Positions 33,322-43,680 are shown, counted from the stretch's first letter. The stretch: 64,000 bases of DNA from a gamma proteobacterium HTCC2207 (GCA_905182855.1 CAJJDA010000009.1:189309-253308); one strand, 5' to 3'. Made by a program: numbers and translations. The notes: generated by a model from the sequence alone, not told the origin.

Positions 33322-33753
33322 ATGACCAGTCAAGTTCCATTACACGAGGGTCTATTTACCTGGCCTGCTACTAAACCTCAGTTGCTGGGCAGCCGCTGTA
33401 GCCAGTGCGCCGAAGCCGCTTTTCCAGCACAGCCCGACTGTCGTAGCTGCGGCTCGCGTGACACAACGATTGTCGAGTTGGGGGATCATGGCACGTTGTG
33501 GACCTGGACCATACAGACATTTTTGCCCAAGCATCCCTATCTCAGCGGCGAAACCGCAGACACATTTCGCCCTTACGGCGTTGGCTATGTGGAAATGCCA
33601 GGAGGTGTGCGCGTTGAAGCTCGCCTCAAACCTAATAGCCCGGACCAGCTGAAAATCGGTATGCCTATGCAATTAGATATTATCCCGTTCTGTACTGACG
33701 AAAACGGCGACCAGAGAATGACCTTTGCGTTTAGTGCAGTGGCGGAGGTATAA
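33322..33753 (+). CDS. DUF35 Zn-ribbon/OB-fold protein (thiolase partner)
   Basis: CxxC...CxxC followed by GTLWTWT and an OB fold; adjacent to a thiolase. Confidence 0.88.
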   Translation: MTSQVPLHEGLFTWPATKPQLLGSRCSQCAEAAFPAQPDCRSCGSRDTTIVELGDHGTLWTWTIQTFLPKHPYLSGETADTFRPYGVGYVEMPGGVRVEARLKPNSPDQLKIGMPMQLDIIPFCTDENGDQRMTFAFSAVAEV

Positions 33754-33756
33754 ATT

Positions 33757-34899
33757 ATGGATGTAGCAATTATAGGTATCGGACTTCACCGCTTTGGCCG
33801 CTCACCAGACATGTCAGGGATGCAACAGGGGGCTTCTGCTGTGCGCGCCGCTCTTGCAGATGCCGGTCTCGCCTGGAAGGATATGCAATTTGCCTATGGC
33901 GGCAGTCAAGACGGCGGTAACGCCGATGCGTTAGTTAATGAGCTCGGCCTAACTGGCCTACAGTTTACCAACATATGGAATGGCTGCGCCACCGGCGGAA
34001 GTTCATTACACGCCGCCTATACCGCGATTAAATCTGGCGAATACGATATGGGTGTGGTTGTCGGTTTCGACAAGCATCCCCGCGGAGCCTTCAACCCTCA
34101 ACCCAAAGAATGGGGCTTGGATGAATGGTACGGCGAAACCGGATTAATGCTCACCACGCAGTTTTTTGCTCTCAAAACTCAGCGCTATATGTACGATCAT
34201 GGCATTACTGAAGACGCGTTGATTCGAGTATCTGAGAAAGCCTTTAACAATGGCTCAATTACACCGACTGCATGGCGCCAGCAGGCCTTGAGCTATGAAG
34301 AGATTGCCAGCTCGACCATGGTAAGCGATCCGCTTAGGAAATATATGTTCTGTAGTCCGGCCGAAGGTGGTGCGGCGCTGATTGTTTGTAATGCCGACAA
34401 AGCACATCAGTACTGTAGTAATCCATTATTTATAAAAGCTGCGGCAGTGCGAACTCGGCATTACGGTAGTTTTGAGGTGTTTTCGCCGTCGCAGGCGATG
34501 ACTGTGGCCGATGCACCGACAGTGACGGCTTCAAAGGCGGCTTTTGAGTTAGCCGGTATTGGCCCCGAAGATGTCGACGTGATTCAATTGCAGGATACCG
34601 ACAGCGGTACCGAAATTATGCATATGGCCGAGAACGGATTCTGCGAGCATGGGGAGCAAGAGAAACTCCTGCGCGAAGGTGCCACACAAATAGATGGCCG
34701 CATGCCGGTTAATACTGATGGTGGCTGTCTCGCTAATGGCGAACCCGTAGGCGCATCTGGGCTTCGACAGATCTACGAAGTCTGTGTGCAGCTTCGCGGT
34801 GAGGGCGGCGCAAGACAGGTCGCAAATAACCCTAAAGTGGGATACACCCATGTCTATGGTGCCCCTGGTATTAGTGGCGTCAATATTATTACCAAATAA
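33757..34899 (+). CDS. SCP2-type thiolase-like protein with a non-canonical active site
   Basis: Motifs NGCATGG, NTDGGCLANGEPVGASG, THVYGAPG. Confidence 0.88.
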   Translation: MDVAIIGIGLHRFGRSPDMSGMQQGASAVRAALADAGLAWKDMQFAYGGSQDGGNADALVNELGLTGLQFTNIWNGCATGGSSLHAAYTAIKSGEYDMGVVVGFDKHPRGAFNPQPKEWGLDEWYGETGLMLTTQFFALKTQRYMYDHGITEDALIRVSEKAFNNGSITPTAWRQQALSYEEIASSTMVSDPLRKYMFCSPAEGGAALIVCNADKAHQYCSNPLFIKAAAVRTRHYGSFEVFSPSQAMTVADAPTVTASKAAFELAGIGPEDVDVIQLQDTDSGTEIMHMAENGFCEHGEQEKLLREGATQIDGRMPVNTDGGCLANGEPVGASGLRQIYEVCVQLRGEGGARQVANNPKVGYTHVYGAPGISGVNIITK

Positions 34900-34928
34900 T
34901 TAACATAACGATAAGTAGGAGCTAATCT

Positions 34929-36311
34929 ATGTCTGATTTAATCAAAGTAAAGCAACAGGGCGAAGAACGCTGTGAAGGCATCAGCTATCAGGATCTACTC
35001 AATGACGAAATCATTGATGTGCCCCCTTACTTGCGTGAAAATACTAACCCCTATATGGGTGATGAAGACATTGATGTAGCCCGATGGATTTCACGTGATT
35101 TTCATGAACAAGAAAAAGAAAAGCTATGGCCCAAAGTCTGGCAGATGGCCTGTCGAGAAGAGGATATTGCTGAAATCGGTGATCATCATATTTATGAGAT
35201 CATAGACCAATCTATTATTGTCACCCGCACCGGTGAAAATGAATTTAAAGCCTTTATTAATTCCTGCTTGCACCGCGGCCGTATACTGCGCGACTGCGAT
35301 GGCCATGCTGAAGAATTCGTCTGCCCCTTTCACGGCGCAACCTGGGACATTAACGGCGAATTCAAAGGCATTCCCTGTAAGTGGGACTTTAGCCATTTAG
35401 ACCAAAAGGATATGAGCCTGCCACAGGTCAAAGTCGGCAACTGGGGTGGCTTCGTGTTTATTAATTTCGATGAGAACTGTGTCCCTCTAGAGGATTATCT
35501 CAGCCCATTGCCAGAGCATTTCGCGCGCTTCCCACTGCATGACTACTACAAAGGTGCCCATGTTCAGCGCGTAGTTCAGTGTAACTGGAAAGTAGGAGCG
35601 GAAGCGTTTATGGAATCATTTCATACACTGGAAACCCATAGTGAGATTTTGACTTTTACCGGTGACGCTAATTCACAGTACGACACCTTCGGCGATCATG
35701 TCAGCCGCTCGGTTACCCCTATGGGTGTAGCCAGCCCACATATGCCTGACGTGACTGAAGCCGAAATCATGCGCGATATTCTCGAACTGTCTGGTCGTAT
35801 GGCCACCGATAGTGCAGAGGGCCATGAAATGCCTGAGGGGCTAACCGCGCGTGCCTATGTGGCAGAGACCAACCGTGAAATGTTTAGTGAGATTATCGGT
35901 GAATCCCTAGACCATGCAACTAAGTCAGAGTTGGAAGACGCCATACTCTATATGCTTTTCCCAAATACTCAGGTCTGGACAGGTTATCACGGTAACATTG
36001 TCTATCGTTTTCTGCCCAATGGTGACGACCATAGCAGCTGTATCTTCGAAACCATGATACTACTGCGCTACGCAAAAGGAACCAAGCGGCCGGACCCTGC
36101 AGAGAAAAACATTTTACGCCCAGACCAGGCTTTCAGTGAGGCCCCAGAAATTGGCGGACTGGGACCCGTTTTCGATCAGGATGACAGCAATATGGCCGCT
36201 GTACAAAGAGGTATGATGGCCTCTAAGAAAGGCGCAGTCAGTCTGGCCAGCTATCAAGAAAGTCGTATCCGTCACCTACATCAGACAATAGATAAGTACC
36301 TTAACGCTTAA
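34929..36311 (+). CDS. Rieske non-heme iron oxygenase alpha subunit (1)
   Basis: Rieske ligands CLH...CPFH; iron site ESFHTLETH. Confidence 0.92.
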   Translation: MSDLIKVKQQGEERCEGISYQDLLNDEIIDVPPYLRENTNPYMGDEDIDVARWISRDFHEQEKEKLWPKVWQMACREEDIAEIGDHHIYEIIDQSIIVTRTGENEFKAFINSCLHRGRILRDCDGHAEEFVCPFHGATWDINGEFKGIPCKWDFSHLDQKDMSLPQVKVGNWGGFVFINFDENCVPLEDYLSPLPEHFARFPLHDYYKGAHVQRVVQCNWKVGAEAFMESFHTLETHSEILTFTGDANSQYDTFGDHVSRSVTPMGVASPHMPDVTEAEIMRDILELSGRMATDSAEGHEMPEGLTARAYVAETNREMFSEIIGESLDHATKSELEDAILYMLFPNTQVWTGYHGNIVYRFLPNGDDHSSCIFETMILLRYAKGTKRPDPAEKNILRPDQAFSEAPEIGGLGPVFDQDDSNMAAVQRGMMASKKGAVSLASYQESRIRHLHQTIDKYLNA

Positions 36312-36401
36312 ACTATTTGAGTCGTGCCCCTGCTATTGCAACCCGACGGCTTTTAGATTCTTCGATAGCCCAGACGGGTATGTCGACCTATCTCTGTAGC
36401 A

Positions 36402-36752
36402 ATGACTGACAACAATGTAATTTACGAGTATTTTATGGCAACCACTACACATACCCTATTCCCCGCAGAAGACTTAGCCGATAACGAAAGTGTAGCTGTA
36501 ATGGTCGAGGGCAATGACATCCTCGTCTGTAAAGCTAATGGTAGCTATTACGCAGTAGCTAATAACTGCACTCACCAGAGAGCTAAGCTCGCAGGCGGTC
36601 GGATCAGAAACTGTTTCCTATCCTGCCCACTGCATGGCGTGCGTTTTGACTTGCGCACAGGGGTCCCTCTTGGAGAGCTCACCCGAGTTGGCTTGAAGAC
36701 CTACCCCATTCGCTTAGCAGATGATGGTAATCTGCAGTTGGACATCGATTAG
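36402..36752 (+). CDS. Rieske-type ferredoxin (start possibly 36435)
   Basis: Motifs CTHQ...CPLHG and FDLRTG. Confidence 0.9.
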   Translation: MTDNNVIYEYFMATTTHTLFPAEDLADNESVAVMVEGNDILVCKANGSYYAVANNCTHQRAKLAGGRIRNCFLSCPLHGVRFDLRTGVPLGELTRVGLKTYPIRLADDGNLQLDID

Positions 36753-36754
36753 TT

Positions 36755-37780
36755 ATGAATAAAAACCGCCAGATTGTACTAGCCTCTTATGTCAATGATG
36801 CCGCGCTGCCTGAGAACTTTGCACTGACCGAAGGCCCCATGCCCAAGCCGGGCAAGGGTGAATTTCTACTGCGTAATATGTACTTTTCAATGGAACCTGC
36901 CATACGTGGTTGGGTAGATGGCAAGGCCAATTATTTGCCGCCAATCCCCATCGGAGGCGTGATTCGAGGCCCCTCTGTCGGTCAGGTTATCACCTCTCAT
37001 AATAAGGATTTTGCCGAGGGAGATATCGTTTTTGCCCTCAATCAATGGGAAGATTATTCCGTCTGCCATAGCGATGCTATCCTACTGAAAAAACTGCAAC
37101 CTGAGGCAGACATCCCTCTGTCATACTACGTTGGCTCCCTTGGTGGCGCTGGAACCACGGCGTATATTGGTTTGCATGAGGTGGGGCTAGTTAAGCCCGG
37201 ACAGACCGTTGTGGTCAGTGCAGCGGCCGGCGCTACAGGTAGTATGGTCGGCCAGATAGCCAAGCTATGCGGCTGTAAGGTCATCGGTATTGTCGGCAGT
37301 GATACCAAGGCCCAGCTGATCATTGACCAGTTCGGTTTCGACGCCGCCATCAACTACAAAACAGAAGATGTTACCGCAGCGGTCATAGCCATTGCACCAG
37401 AGGGTGTCGATATTTATTTCGATAATGTTGGCGGCCCAGTCCTCAATGCCCTACTTCTCGCAATGAACGTTTATGGACGTATTGTCAGCTGCGGAATGAT
37501 CGCTGATTACAATCGTACCGACAACCCAAATCCCATTACTAATCTTTGGGAAATGGTGTCGCGGCAGCTGACTATGCAGGGATTTTTATTGCCCACCTAT
37601 CAAGATAAAGTGCCCGCGGCAATGGCCCAACTCGAGGAATGGATTCGCGCAGGCAAGATTACCGTGTTAGAAAATATTACCAGCGGACTGGCCAGCACCC
37701 CGGCCGCATTTTGCGAGATGATGTCTGGTAAGACTGTTGGTAAGGCGCTGGTAAAAGTTGACTGGCCGGTTGATGACTAG
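36755..37780 (+). CDS. NADP-dependent ene-reductase (MDR, prostaglandin reductase/CurA-like) (1)
   Basis: Motifs SMEPAIRGW, VSAAAGATG, YFDNVGG, GKALVKV. Confidence 0.9.
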   Translation: MNKNRQIVLASYVNDAALPENFALTEGPMPKPGKGEFLLRNMYFSMEPAIRGWVDGKANYLPPIPIGGVIRGPSVGQVITSHNKDFAEGDIVFALNQWEDYSVCHSDAILLKKLQPEADIPLSYYVGSLGGAGTTAYIGLHEVGLVKPGQTVVVSAAAGATGSMVGQIAKLCGCKVIGIVGSDTKAQLIIDQFGFDAAINYKTEDVTAAVIAIAPEGVDIYFDNVGGPVLNALLLAMNVYGRIVSCGMIADYNRTDNPNPITNLWEMVSRQLTMQGFLLPTYQDKVPAAMAQLEEWIRAGKITVLENITSGLASTPAAFCEMMSGKTVGKALVKVDWPVDD

Positions 37781-38048
37781 GCGTGTGTCCGCCGCTGATA
37801 TTGGCTCTCAACACACACCATTGCTGCTTGACTGTCACGCGATATTGCCATGTGTTTAGGTCACAGCTAGCGGAGTACTCTAAAGGATAATAGTGTAGAT
37901 GAGCGCGATAAAGATGCGGGGATTAAAAGTAAAAAATTTGAAACGATTTAACCGAAGTGCTTTAGCTTGTCTGACACTGTCGTAAGGCCCACTTAGATCA
38001 TTTCTAGCATGAATAGTGATTACCTTGCTAGGCCAACCCTAGAGGCTG

Positions 38049-38462
38049 TTATTCACGCTCTAGTTGAACCTGATCTTCCGCCAACGTTAACCAGCAATGC
38101 TTTCTTTCTGTCCAGACATGGACTGTGGGTTGCAAGTCATCAACCTCATCTAAGGTGCCGGCCTTGATAAAAATTAGACCCATCTCTGGCGCATTTTCAG
38201 TATCAGTGATCACCGGTGAACCACAGGTGCCGCAGAAGCGACGATAGACGATTTGCCCGCTAGTGCCTTTATCCTCATAGGTCTGTAATTCACCCGTGAG
38301 TTCTAGGCTGTCACGGGAGAAAAAGGCCACCAGTGAGAAAGCTGAGCCTGCCTGCTTTTGGCAATTCAGGCAGTGGCAGACCACGGTTTGCAGGGGTTTT
38401 GCTGAAACTTTGTAGCGAATCTGGCCACAGAGACAGCCGCCCCCTCTTGTTTCTTCGCTCAT
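38049..38462 (-). CDS. GFA/CENP-V family Zn-binding protein
   Basis: Motifs GGCLCG, CHCxxCQK, RFCGTCGS. Confidence 0.9.
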   Translation of the reverse strand: MSEETRGGGCLCGQIRYKVSAKPLQTVVCHCLNCQKQAGSAFSLVAFFSRDSLELTGELQTYEDKGTSGQIVYRRFCGTCGSPVITDTENAPEMGLIFIKAGTLDEVDDLQPTVHVWTERKHCWLTLAEDQVQLERE

Positions 38463-38484
38463 TGTCTTCGCCTCCCCGTAATAC

Positions 38485-39253
38485 TCAGTTAATACTCAGT
38501 GCACCATCGACAATAAAGTCAGCGCCGGTTATAAAAGATGCCTCTTCACCGGCCAGAAATACCGCCATGGACGCTACATCTTTGGTCTCACCGATACGGC
38601 CGATCGGATGCATAGCCTTGTAACTGTCCATCAGGGCTTCGCCATCTTCGACCTGACCGATAACCTTTTCTAGCATCTGGGTCTGAATAACACCGGGACT
38701 GATCGAATTAACATTGATACCATAACCATTGTGAGCACAGTGCAAGGCGACCGACTTAGTCATCATTTCAACCCCAGCCTTAGACGCGTTATAGGCAACC
38801 AGCTCAGCCTTGGGTCTTGAGGCAGAGACAGAGGCCATATTAATAATTAGCGCCCCCCCCATCGGCCTTCATTAGTTTGATCGCACCCTGACAACCTAGA
38901 AAGCAACTGCGTAAGTTGATCGCCATGGTCTTATCCCAGGTTGCAACATCGAGTTCTTCAATGTTGCCCATCAGTGTCACACCAGCCACATTGACAAGAA
39001 TATCCAGACCAGAAAATTTGCCCTGGGCAATAACAAACAACGCATTCCAATGCTCCGGGACCGACACATCGTGACGCACAAACTGACAGTGATCTCCTAA
39101 CGCCAACGCCGCACGCGTACCCCCAGTCTCATCGATATCGGTGATAATAACGTTGGCACCCTCAGCAATAAATCGCTCAGCAATACCATAACCAATCCCT
39201 GTCGCGCCACCCGTGACTATGGCGCGTTTACCGAGGAGCTTTTGTTCGGCCAT
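38485..39253 (-). CDS. Short-chain dehydrogenase/reductase (frameshift at the C8 run 38853-38860)
   Basis: TGGATGIG in the first part, YNASK in the second. Confidence 0.88.
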
Positions 39254-39257
39254 AAGA

Positions 39258-40268
39258 CTACACCTTAAGCATTAGTTTACCGGTGTTGCTGCCATCAAAG
39301 AGTTTATGGAAGGCGACAAGCGTGTTGTCAAAACCATCGACAATCTCATACTTAAATTGAATTTTATCCTCAGTCAGTAACGCGGCAATCGCACTGGCAC
39401 CCTCTTCAAACTGTGGGAAATAGTTGCTGATTAAAAACCCTTTAACCGTGGCACTCTTGGCCAGTATCTGCCACCAATTGTAAGGTCCAGGAACTGGCTC
39501 AGAGGCATTGTAGGTTGAAATAGACCCGCAAAAAACAATCCGTGCATTGCTGTTGATATTCAATAGTGCCGCATCGAGAATTTCGCCACCGACGTTGTCA
39601 AAATAAACATCAACTCCTTCAGGACAGGCTGCCGCAATAGCAGCATTGAGATTTCCTTTTTCAGTTTTGTAGTTGATCACCGCATCAAATCCAAGATCCT
39701 CTTTGAGCCACTGACATTTGTCGTCAGTACCAGCGAGACCCACCACACGACAACCCATGTTTTTTGCCAGCTGTCCACCCAATGATCCAACCGCACCAGC
39801 AGCCGCACTCATCAGCAGAGTATCCCCCGGTTTTAAGTCCGCCGCATCGGTAATACCAAAATAGGCAGTGAGACCCACAGCACCAAAGGCACTAAGATAA
39901 TAATGCAGAGGAAATGGATTGTCTTCCGGCACTTTGGTCAGAAAATATCCCACCGACAAACTGTATTCTTCCCAGCCATTGAGACCATAGACCTTGTCAC
40001 CCACAGCGAAATCCGAGTTCCGACTCTCTACAACAGTGCCTACCGTCGAGCTGCGAATAACGTCTCCCAATTCGATCGGAGGCATATAGCTGGGTTCATC
40101 GCTCATCCAGCCACGAATCGCGGGATCCAGTGAGAAATACTCATTTTTAATTAATAATTCTCCTTCAGCCAAACCATCAACTTCGACTGTCCGAACCTTA
40201 ACGTCGTTATCAGTAGTAGGACCGTTTGGGCGCTGGTGGAGGTAGTATTGCTTGTACTTTGTTGACAT
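39258..40268 (-). CDS. NADP-dependent ene-reductase (2)
   Basis: Motifs SLDPAIRGW, SAAAGAVG, YFDNVGG. Likely start MSTKY. Confidence 0.9.
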   Translation of the reverse strand: MSTKYKQYYLHQRPNGPTTDNDVKVRTVEVDGLAEGELLIKNEYFSLDPAIRGWMSDEPSYMPPIELGDVIRSSTVGTVVESRNSDFAVGDKVYGLNGWEEYSLSVGYFLTKVPEDNPFPLHYYLSAFGAVGLTAYFGITDAADLKPGDTLLMSAAAGAVGSLGGQLAKNMGCRVVGLAGTDDKCQWLKEDLGFDAVINYKTEKGNLNAAIAAACPEGVDVYFDNVGGEILDAALLNINSNARIVFCGSISTYNASEPVPGPYNWWQILAKSATVKGFLISNYFPQFEEGASAIAALLTEDKIQFKYEIVDGFDNTLVAFHKLFDGSNTGKLMLKV

Positions 40269-40361
40269 GTGTTCTTCCATTTTGATGTGAATTAATTGGC
40301 TGCCCACGATCTGCTGATTCGAAGACTGAAATCTAGCCTTTAAGGTACCCCTTTAAGAATA

Positions 40362-40381
40362 AAAAATCAACTGAGATTGTT
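40362..40381. promoter_or_regulatory. Putative operator, site 2 (AAAAATCA-ACTG-AGATTGTT), in a divergent promoter region
   Basis: Shared palindrome; overlaps TTGTTT-N18-TATAGT. Confidence 0.65.
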
Positions 40382-40447
40382 TTCTTGGCATTCTATCCTG
40401 TATAGTCATTTGCGGGTAATAGAGCCAATAACAGGAAGGATAATACT

Positions 40448-40861
40448 ATGACTTTTTCAGGATCAACTGAAGATCGTCTCGCTATACGCGAGCTGATGGA
40501 TATTTATGCCGACGCAGTCAACCAAAGAGATACTGACCTTTGGGCCTCGACTTGGACAGAAGATTCAAGTTGGAAACTGCCTGTTATTCCGGGTATGGAA
40601 AATGTTAGTGGGAAGGACAATATCGTCAGTGCATGGCAGGCTGGCATGGCTATGTTTCCGTTTATTTTTATGTCGATTTCTGTCGGCTTTATTCGGGTCG
40701 ATGGCGACACCGCAACAGCCAGATGCTACACCACCGAGGTGGGCACTACGGTCGACGGCACCGAAATTAGACCTCGCGGGCAATATGACGACATGTTAGT
40801 CAAGGTCGGCGGCCAGTGGTTTTTCAAAGAACGTATTTTCAATTCTCTCTACGGTGAATAA
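40448..40861 (+). CDS. SnoaL-like/NTF2 family protein
   Basis: EDRLAIRELMDIYADAV...GQYDD...GQWFFKER pattern. Confidence 0.85.
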   Translation: MTFSGSTEDRLAIRELMDIYADAVNQRDTDLWASTWTEDSSWKLPVIPGMENVSGKDNIVSAWQAGMAMFPFIFMSISVGFIRVDGDTATARCYTTEVGTTVDGTEIRPRGQYDDMLVKVGGQWFFKERIFNSLYGE

Positions 40862-40884
40862 TCTTACAGACTGAGGGTATTCGT

Positions 40885-41229
40885 ATGACCGTACTAATTA
40901 ATGGAACAGTGGATTTTAAACCGGAAGATGCGATTAGAGTCTTGCCGGAAACAGCGCAGTTAATGGCGGATACACGCGCACAAAAAGGCTGTCGACACTA
41001 TGTATGGAGCCTCGACCCCGTGGTGCCGGGAAGAATCTATGTGCATGAGAATTGGGAGTCTGTTGAGCATTTGCGCGCGCATCTAGCCAGTCATTTTTAT
41101 ACGGATATGTTGGAAATTCTGTATCAGTATGAGATTTTCGCTACAGACATACTTAAATACAGAATAGATCACTGCGAACCGGTGTATGACGATACCGGTA
41201 CCGCGCGCGCCGATTTCTTTACCGACTAA
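40885..41229 (+). CDS. ABM (antibiotic biosynthesis monooxygenase/quinol monooxygenase) domain protein
   Basis: TRAQKGCRHY...ENWES..L.AHL pattern. Confidence 0.82.
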   Translation: MTVLINGTVDFKPEDAIRVLPETAQLMADTRAQKGCRHYVWSLDPVVPGRIYVHENWESVEHLRAHLASHFYTDMLEILYQYEIFATDILKYRIDHCEPVYDDTGTARADFFTD

Positions 41230-41272
41230 ATAAAAGGCTATTGGCTGATAGCTCTGACGGGAGATTAACAGC

Positions 41273-41704
41273 ATGTCGACACTCGAAGAACGCATCAAAA
41301 TCATTGAGGACCGTCAGGAACTGCAACAGCTCTTTAGCAGTTATCTTGTCGCTCTAGATGACCTATCAGACATCGAGCTTACGCTCAGTTTTTTCACCCA
41401 AGATGCGGTGTTTGATCTGAGCGCTATGGCCTACACGAGCTGTCATGGTATAGACGCTTTGCGAGAATTCTTTACAGGAGTATTTTCCAACTTAACACAC
41501 AGCGCACATTTTGCGACTAACTTTAAGATAAAGTCGTTAGAGGAGAACAGCGCGAGCGCCCAAAGCCACGCCATTGTCATGGGACCGCCAGCTGAGGGCG
41601 AACTTGTGATGGTCTATGTCCAATATCATCTCGAATTTAAACGGGTAGACTGCAGCTGGAGAATACAGTTATTCAGCGGAGAGCCTTTGATGCCCCTAGA
41701 GTAG
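41273..41704 (+). CDS. SnoaL-like/NTF2 family protein (BaiE/LinA-like)
   Basis: LEERIKIIEDRQEL..., H..TN, WRI. Confidence 0.82.
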   Translation: MSTLEERIKIIEDRQELQQLFSSYLVALDDLSDIELTLSFFTQDAVFDLSAMAYTSCHGIDALREFFTGVFSNLTHSAHFATNFKIKSLEENSASAQSHAIVMGPPAEGELVMVYVQYHLEFKRVDCSWRIQLFSGEPLMPLE

Positions 41705-41875
41705 GGCCGACGGTCAAACCCTATGGACTTCTGAGTCTAGTTCGCGAGAGATTGTGTCATTGCATCTAAAAGACTCAATTGCTGACATAAGCCTCGTTTG
41801 AGGTCAGATCGACATCAGGGACTCCGCTATAACTCAACAATAACCCTCAATGACGCTATTATGACTCTAATACGA

Positions 41876-41908
41876 CAAAACCCTCTGCACGGCATGCGGA
41901 GGGTTTTG
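41876..41908. terminator. Bidirectional intrinsic terminator
   Basis: 14-bp stem CAAAACCCTCTGCA/TGCGGAGGGTTTTG between convergent genes. Confidence 0.75.
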
Positions 41909-41963
41909 AAGTGATCGAGATTGGGGGAGATCTCTCGCTCTAAGTTGACTATTGGTCCGAGTA

Positions 41964-42980
41964 TTAAAGCTTGACCAGACATTTGCCTAAATTGTTGCCT
42001 GCCAACATATCAATAAAGCCCTGCCCTGTGGTTTCAATACCCTCTGACCAGTTAACGGGGCTTACCATTGAGCCTGCCTTCAGCATGTCAGTTATATAAT
42101 TAATAGCCTCGGGATAGCGATCCACATAGTCTGAAAACATAAAGCCCTCAGCTTTGGCTCGTTTAGTAATCAGCTCCCACATATTGGCAACTGGCTCATG
42201 GCCACCCTCTCTCTCGTATTGAGAGACAGCCCCACAGAGAATTACGCGGGCATTTTCTGCCAGCTGTCCCAGCATAGTGCCCAGCATGGGGCCACCGACA
42301 TTGTCATAAACAATATCCATGCCGTCGGGCGCTACTCGTTGTAGCTGCTGTTCAAGGGTCTCTGACGATTTGTAGTCGATAACCTGATCATAGCCCAGAG
42401 TCTCCTGTAACCAGTCACATTTAGCCGCTCCACCGGCAATACCCACGGTGCTACAACCCTCGGCCTTGGCTATCTGTCCGGCGATACAGCCAATACCACC
42501 AGCGGCGGCATTAATCACAAATAGATCACCGGCTTTGGGCTCACCTATATCCATAATGCCAAAATAGGCGGTCATACCAGAGGGCCCGAGACTGCAGAGA
42601 TACTCATGCAGCTCTACAGCGGGATCTGGGTCAATAATACTCATAAAATCTGATCCGTCAGCAATACTGTACTGCTCCCAAGCCGTGCGGCCCATCACAA
42701 TACTGCCCTCAGGAAAGTCTGCATGGCGAGACTCAATCACCGTACCCATAATAATGCTCTGTACAGGCTCACCAATCGGCATCGAAGAGAGATAATTGTC
42801 CCCTGAGCCCTCACTCATCCATTGACGGAAACCGGCGTCCAAAGACAGGTAAGTATTCTTCACCATGAACTGCCCTTCGCCAACACTGCCCAATGGCTGA
42901 GTATCTACCTCAAAATCGGCCGCCACCAGCTGCGCCGCTGGTCTACGGGCTAGCAATACGCGAGTATTCATCTGTGTCAT
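41964..42980 (-). CDS. NADP-dependent ene-reductase (3)
   Basis: Motifs LSLDAGFRQW, NAAAGGIG, YDNVGG, GKCLVKL. Confidence 0.9.
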   Translation of the reverse strand: MTQMNTRVLLARRPAAQLVAADFEVDTQPLGSVGEGQFMVKNTYLSLDAGFRQWMSEGSGDNYLSSMPIGEPVQSIIMGTVIESRHADFPEGSIVMGRTAWEQYSIADGSDFMSIIDPDPAVELHEYLCSLGPSGMTAYFGIMDIGEPKAGDLFVINAAAGGIGCIAGQIAKAEGCSTVGIAGGAAKCDWLQETLGYDQVIDYKSSETLEQQLQRVAPDGMDIVYDNVGGPMLGTMLGQLAENARVILCGAVSQYEREGGHEPVANMWELITKRAKAEGFMFSDYVDRYPEAINYITDMLKAGSMVSPVNWSEGIETTGQGFIDMLAGNNLGKCLVKL

Positions 42981-43074
42981 AAGTTAAGTTCCATTACAAT
43001 TATTGAGTTCCACGACAGGATATTTGCCGTCTTCCAAGGCGTTCATGTTACCTCAGCGAATTGGCAAGGTAAAT

Positions 43075-43094
43075 AACAATCATGTTTGATGGTT
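43075..43094. promoter_or_regulatory. Putative operator, site 3 (AACAATCA-TGTT-TGATGGTT)
   Basis: Best match to the palindrome; 5 bp upstream of TTGACT-N17-TACTAT (43100-43128). Confidence 0.7.
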
Positions 43095-43239
43095 TTTTAT
43101 TGACTGAGGTAATATGCCAAAGTACTATAAAGCTCAATTAAGCTTTTTAGCGGCAATAGACAGCAACTAACAGGCACCCTTCGTCAACGCTGATTTCGAG
43201 TCAGAGTTAGCGCAGACACCTACATTATGGAGGCCCGAA

Positions 43240-43680
43240 ATGGCGACTAACGAACCACAGAACTTTGCTGATCACCTAGAAATTCAATCGGTAATTAACC
43301 TCTATGCCTCAGCGCTCGACAAGCAGCAATGGTCGGCACTAGAAGGTGTATTTACCGAAGATGCTGTAGCCGACTTTGTTGGTATCGGTGCATGCGAGGG
43401 TCGTCAGGCCATTACAGACCTGGTCACCAGCGTGCTAACTCAATGCGCGGCGACTCAGCATCTGCTGGGCAATATTTCTATTCAAGTGAGCGGCGACAGG
43501 GCTACGGCGACCTGCTATCTGTCGGCCATGCACGCGGGCCTCGGTGACTATGCCAGCGATATCTTTACCGTCTGGGGCGAGTATGCCGACCAGTTGATCC
43601 GTACGTCCGAAGGCTGGCGTATTGCCCATCGCACATTGACAACGATGCATGCGACAGGTGATATTGGCCTCAACGGATAA
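43240..43680 (+). CDS. SnoaL-like/NTF2 family protein
   Basis: Y..ALD..QW, TQHLLGN, GEYADQL.RT..GWRI. Confidence 0.87.
   Translation: MATNEPQNFADHLEIQSVINLYASALDKQQWSALEGVFTEDAVADFVGIGACEGRQAITDLVTSVLTQCAATQHLLGNISIQVSGDRATATCYLSAMHAGLGDYASDIFTVWGEYADQLIRTSEGWRIAHRTLTTMHATGDIGLNG

Noticed and set aside
38853-38860. C8/G8 tract as a phase-variation switch in the SDR
   Set aside because: The tract is short, lies in a cytoplasmic enzyme gene, and the window has many similar indel errors.
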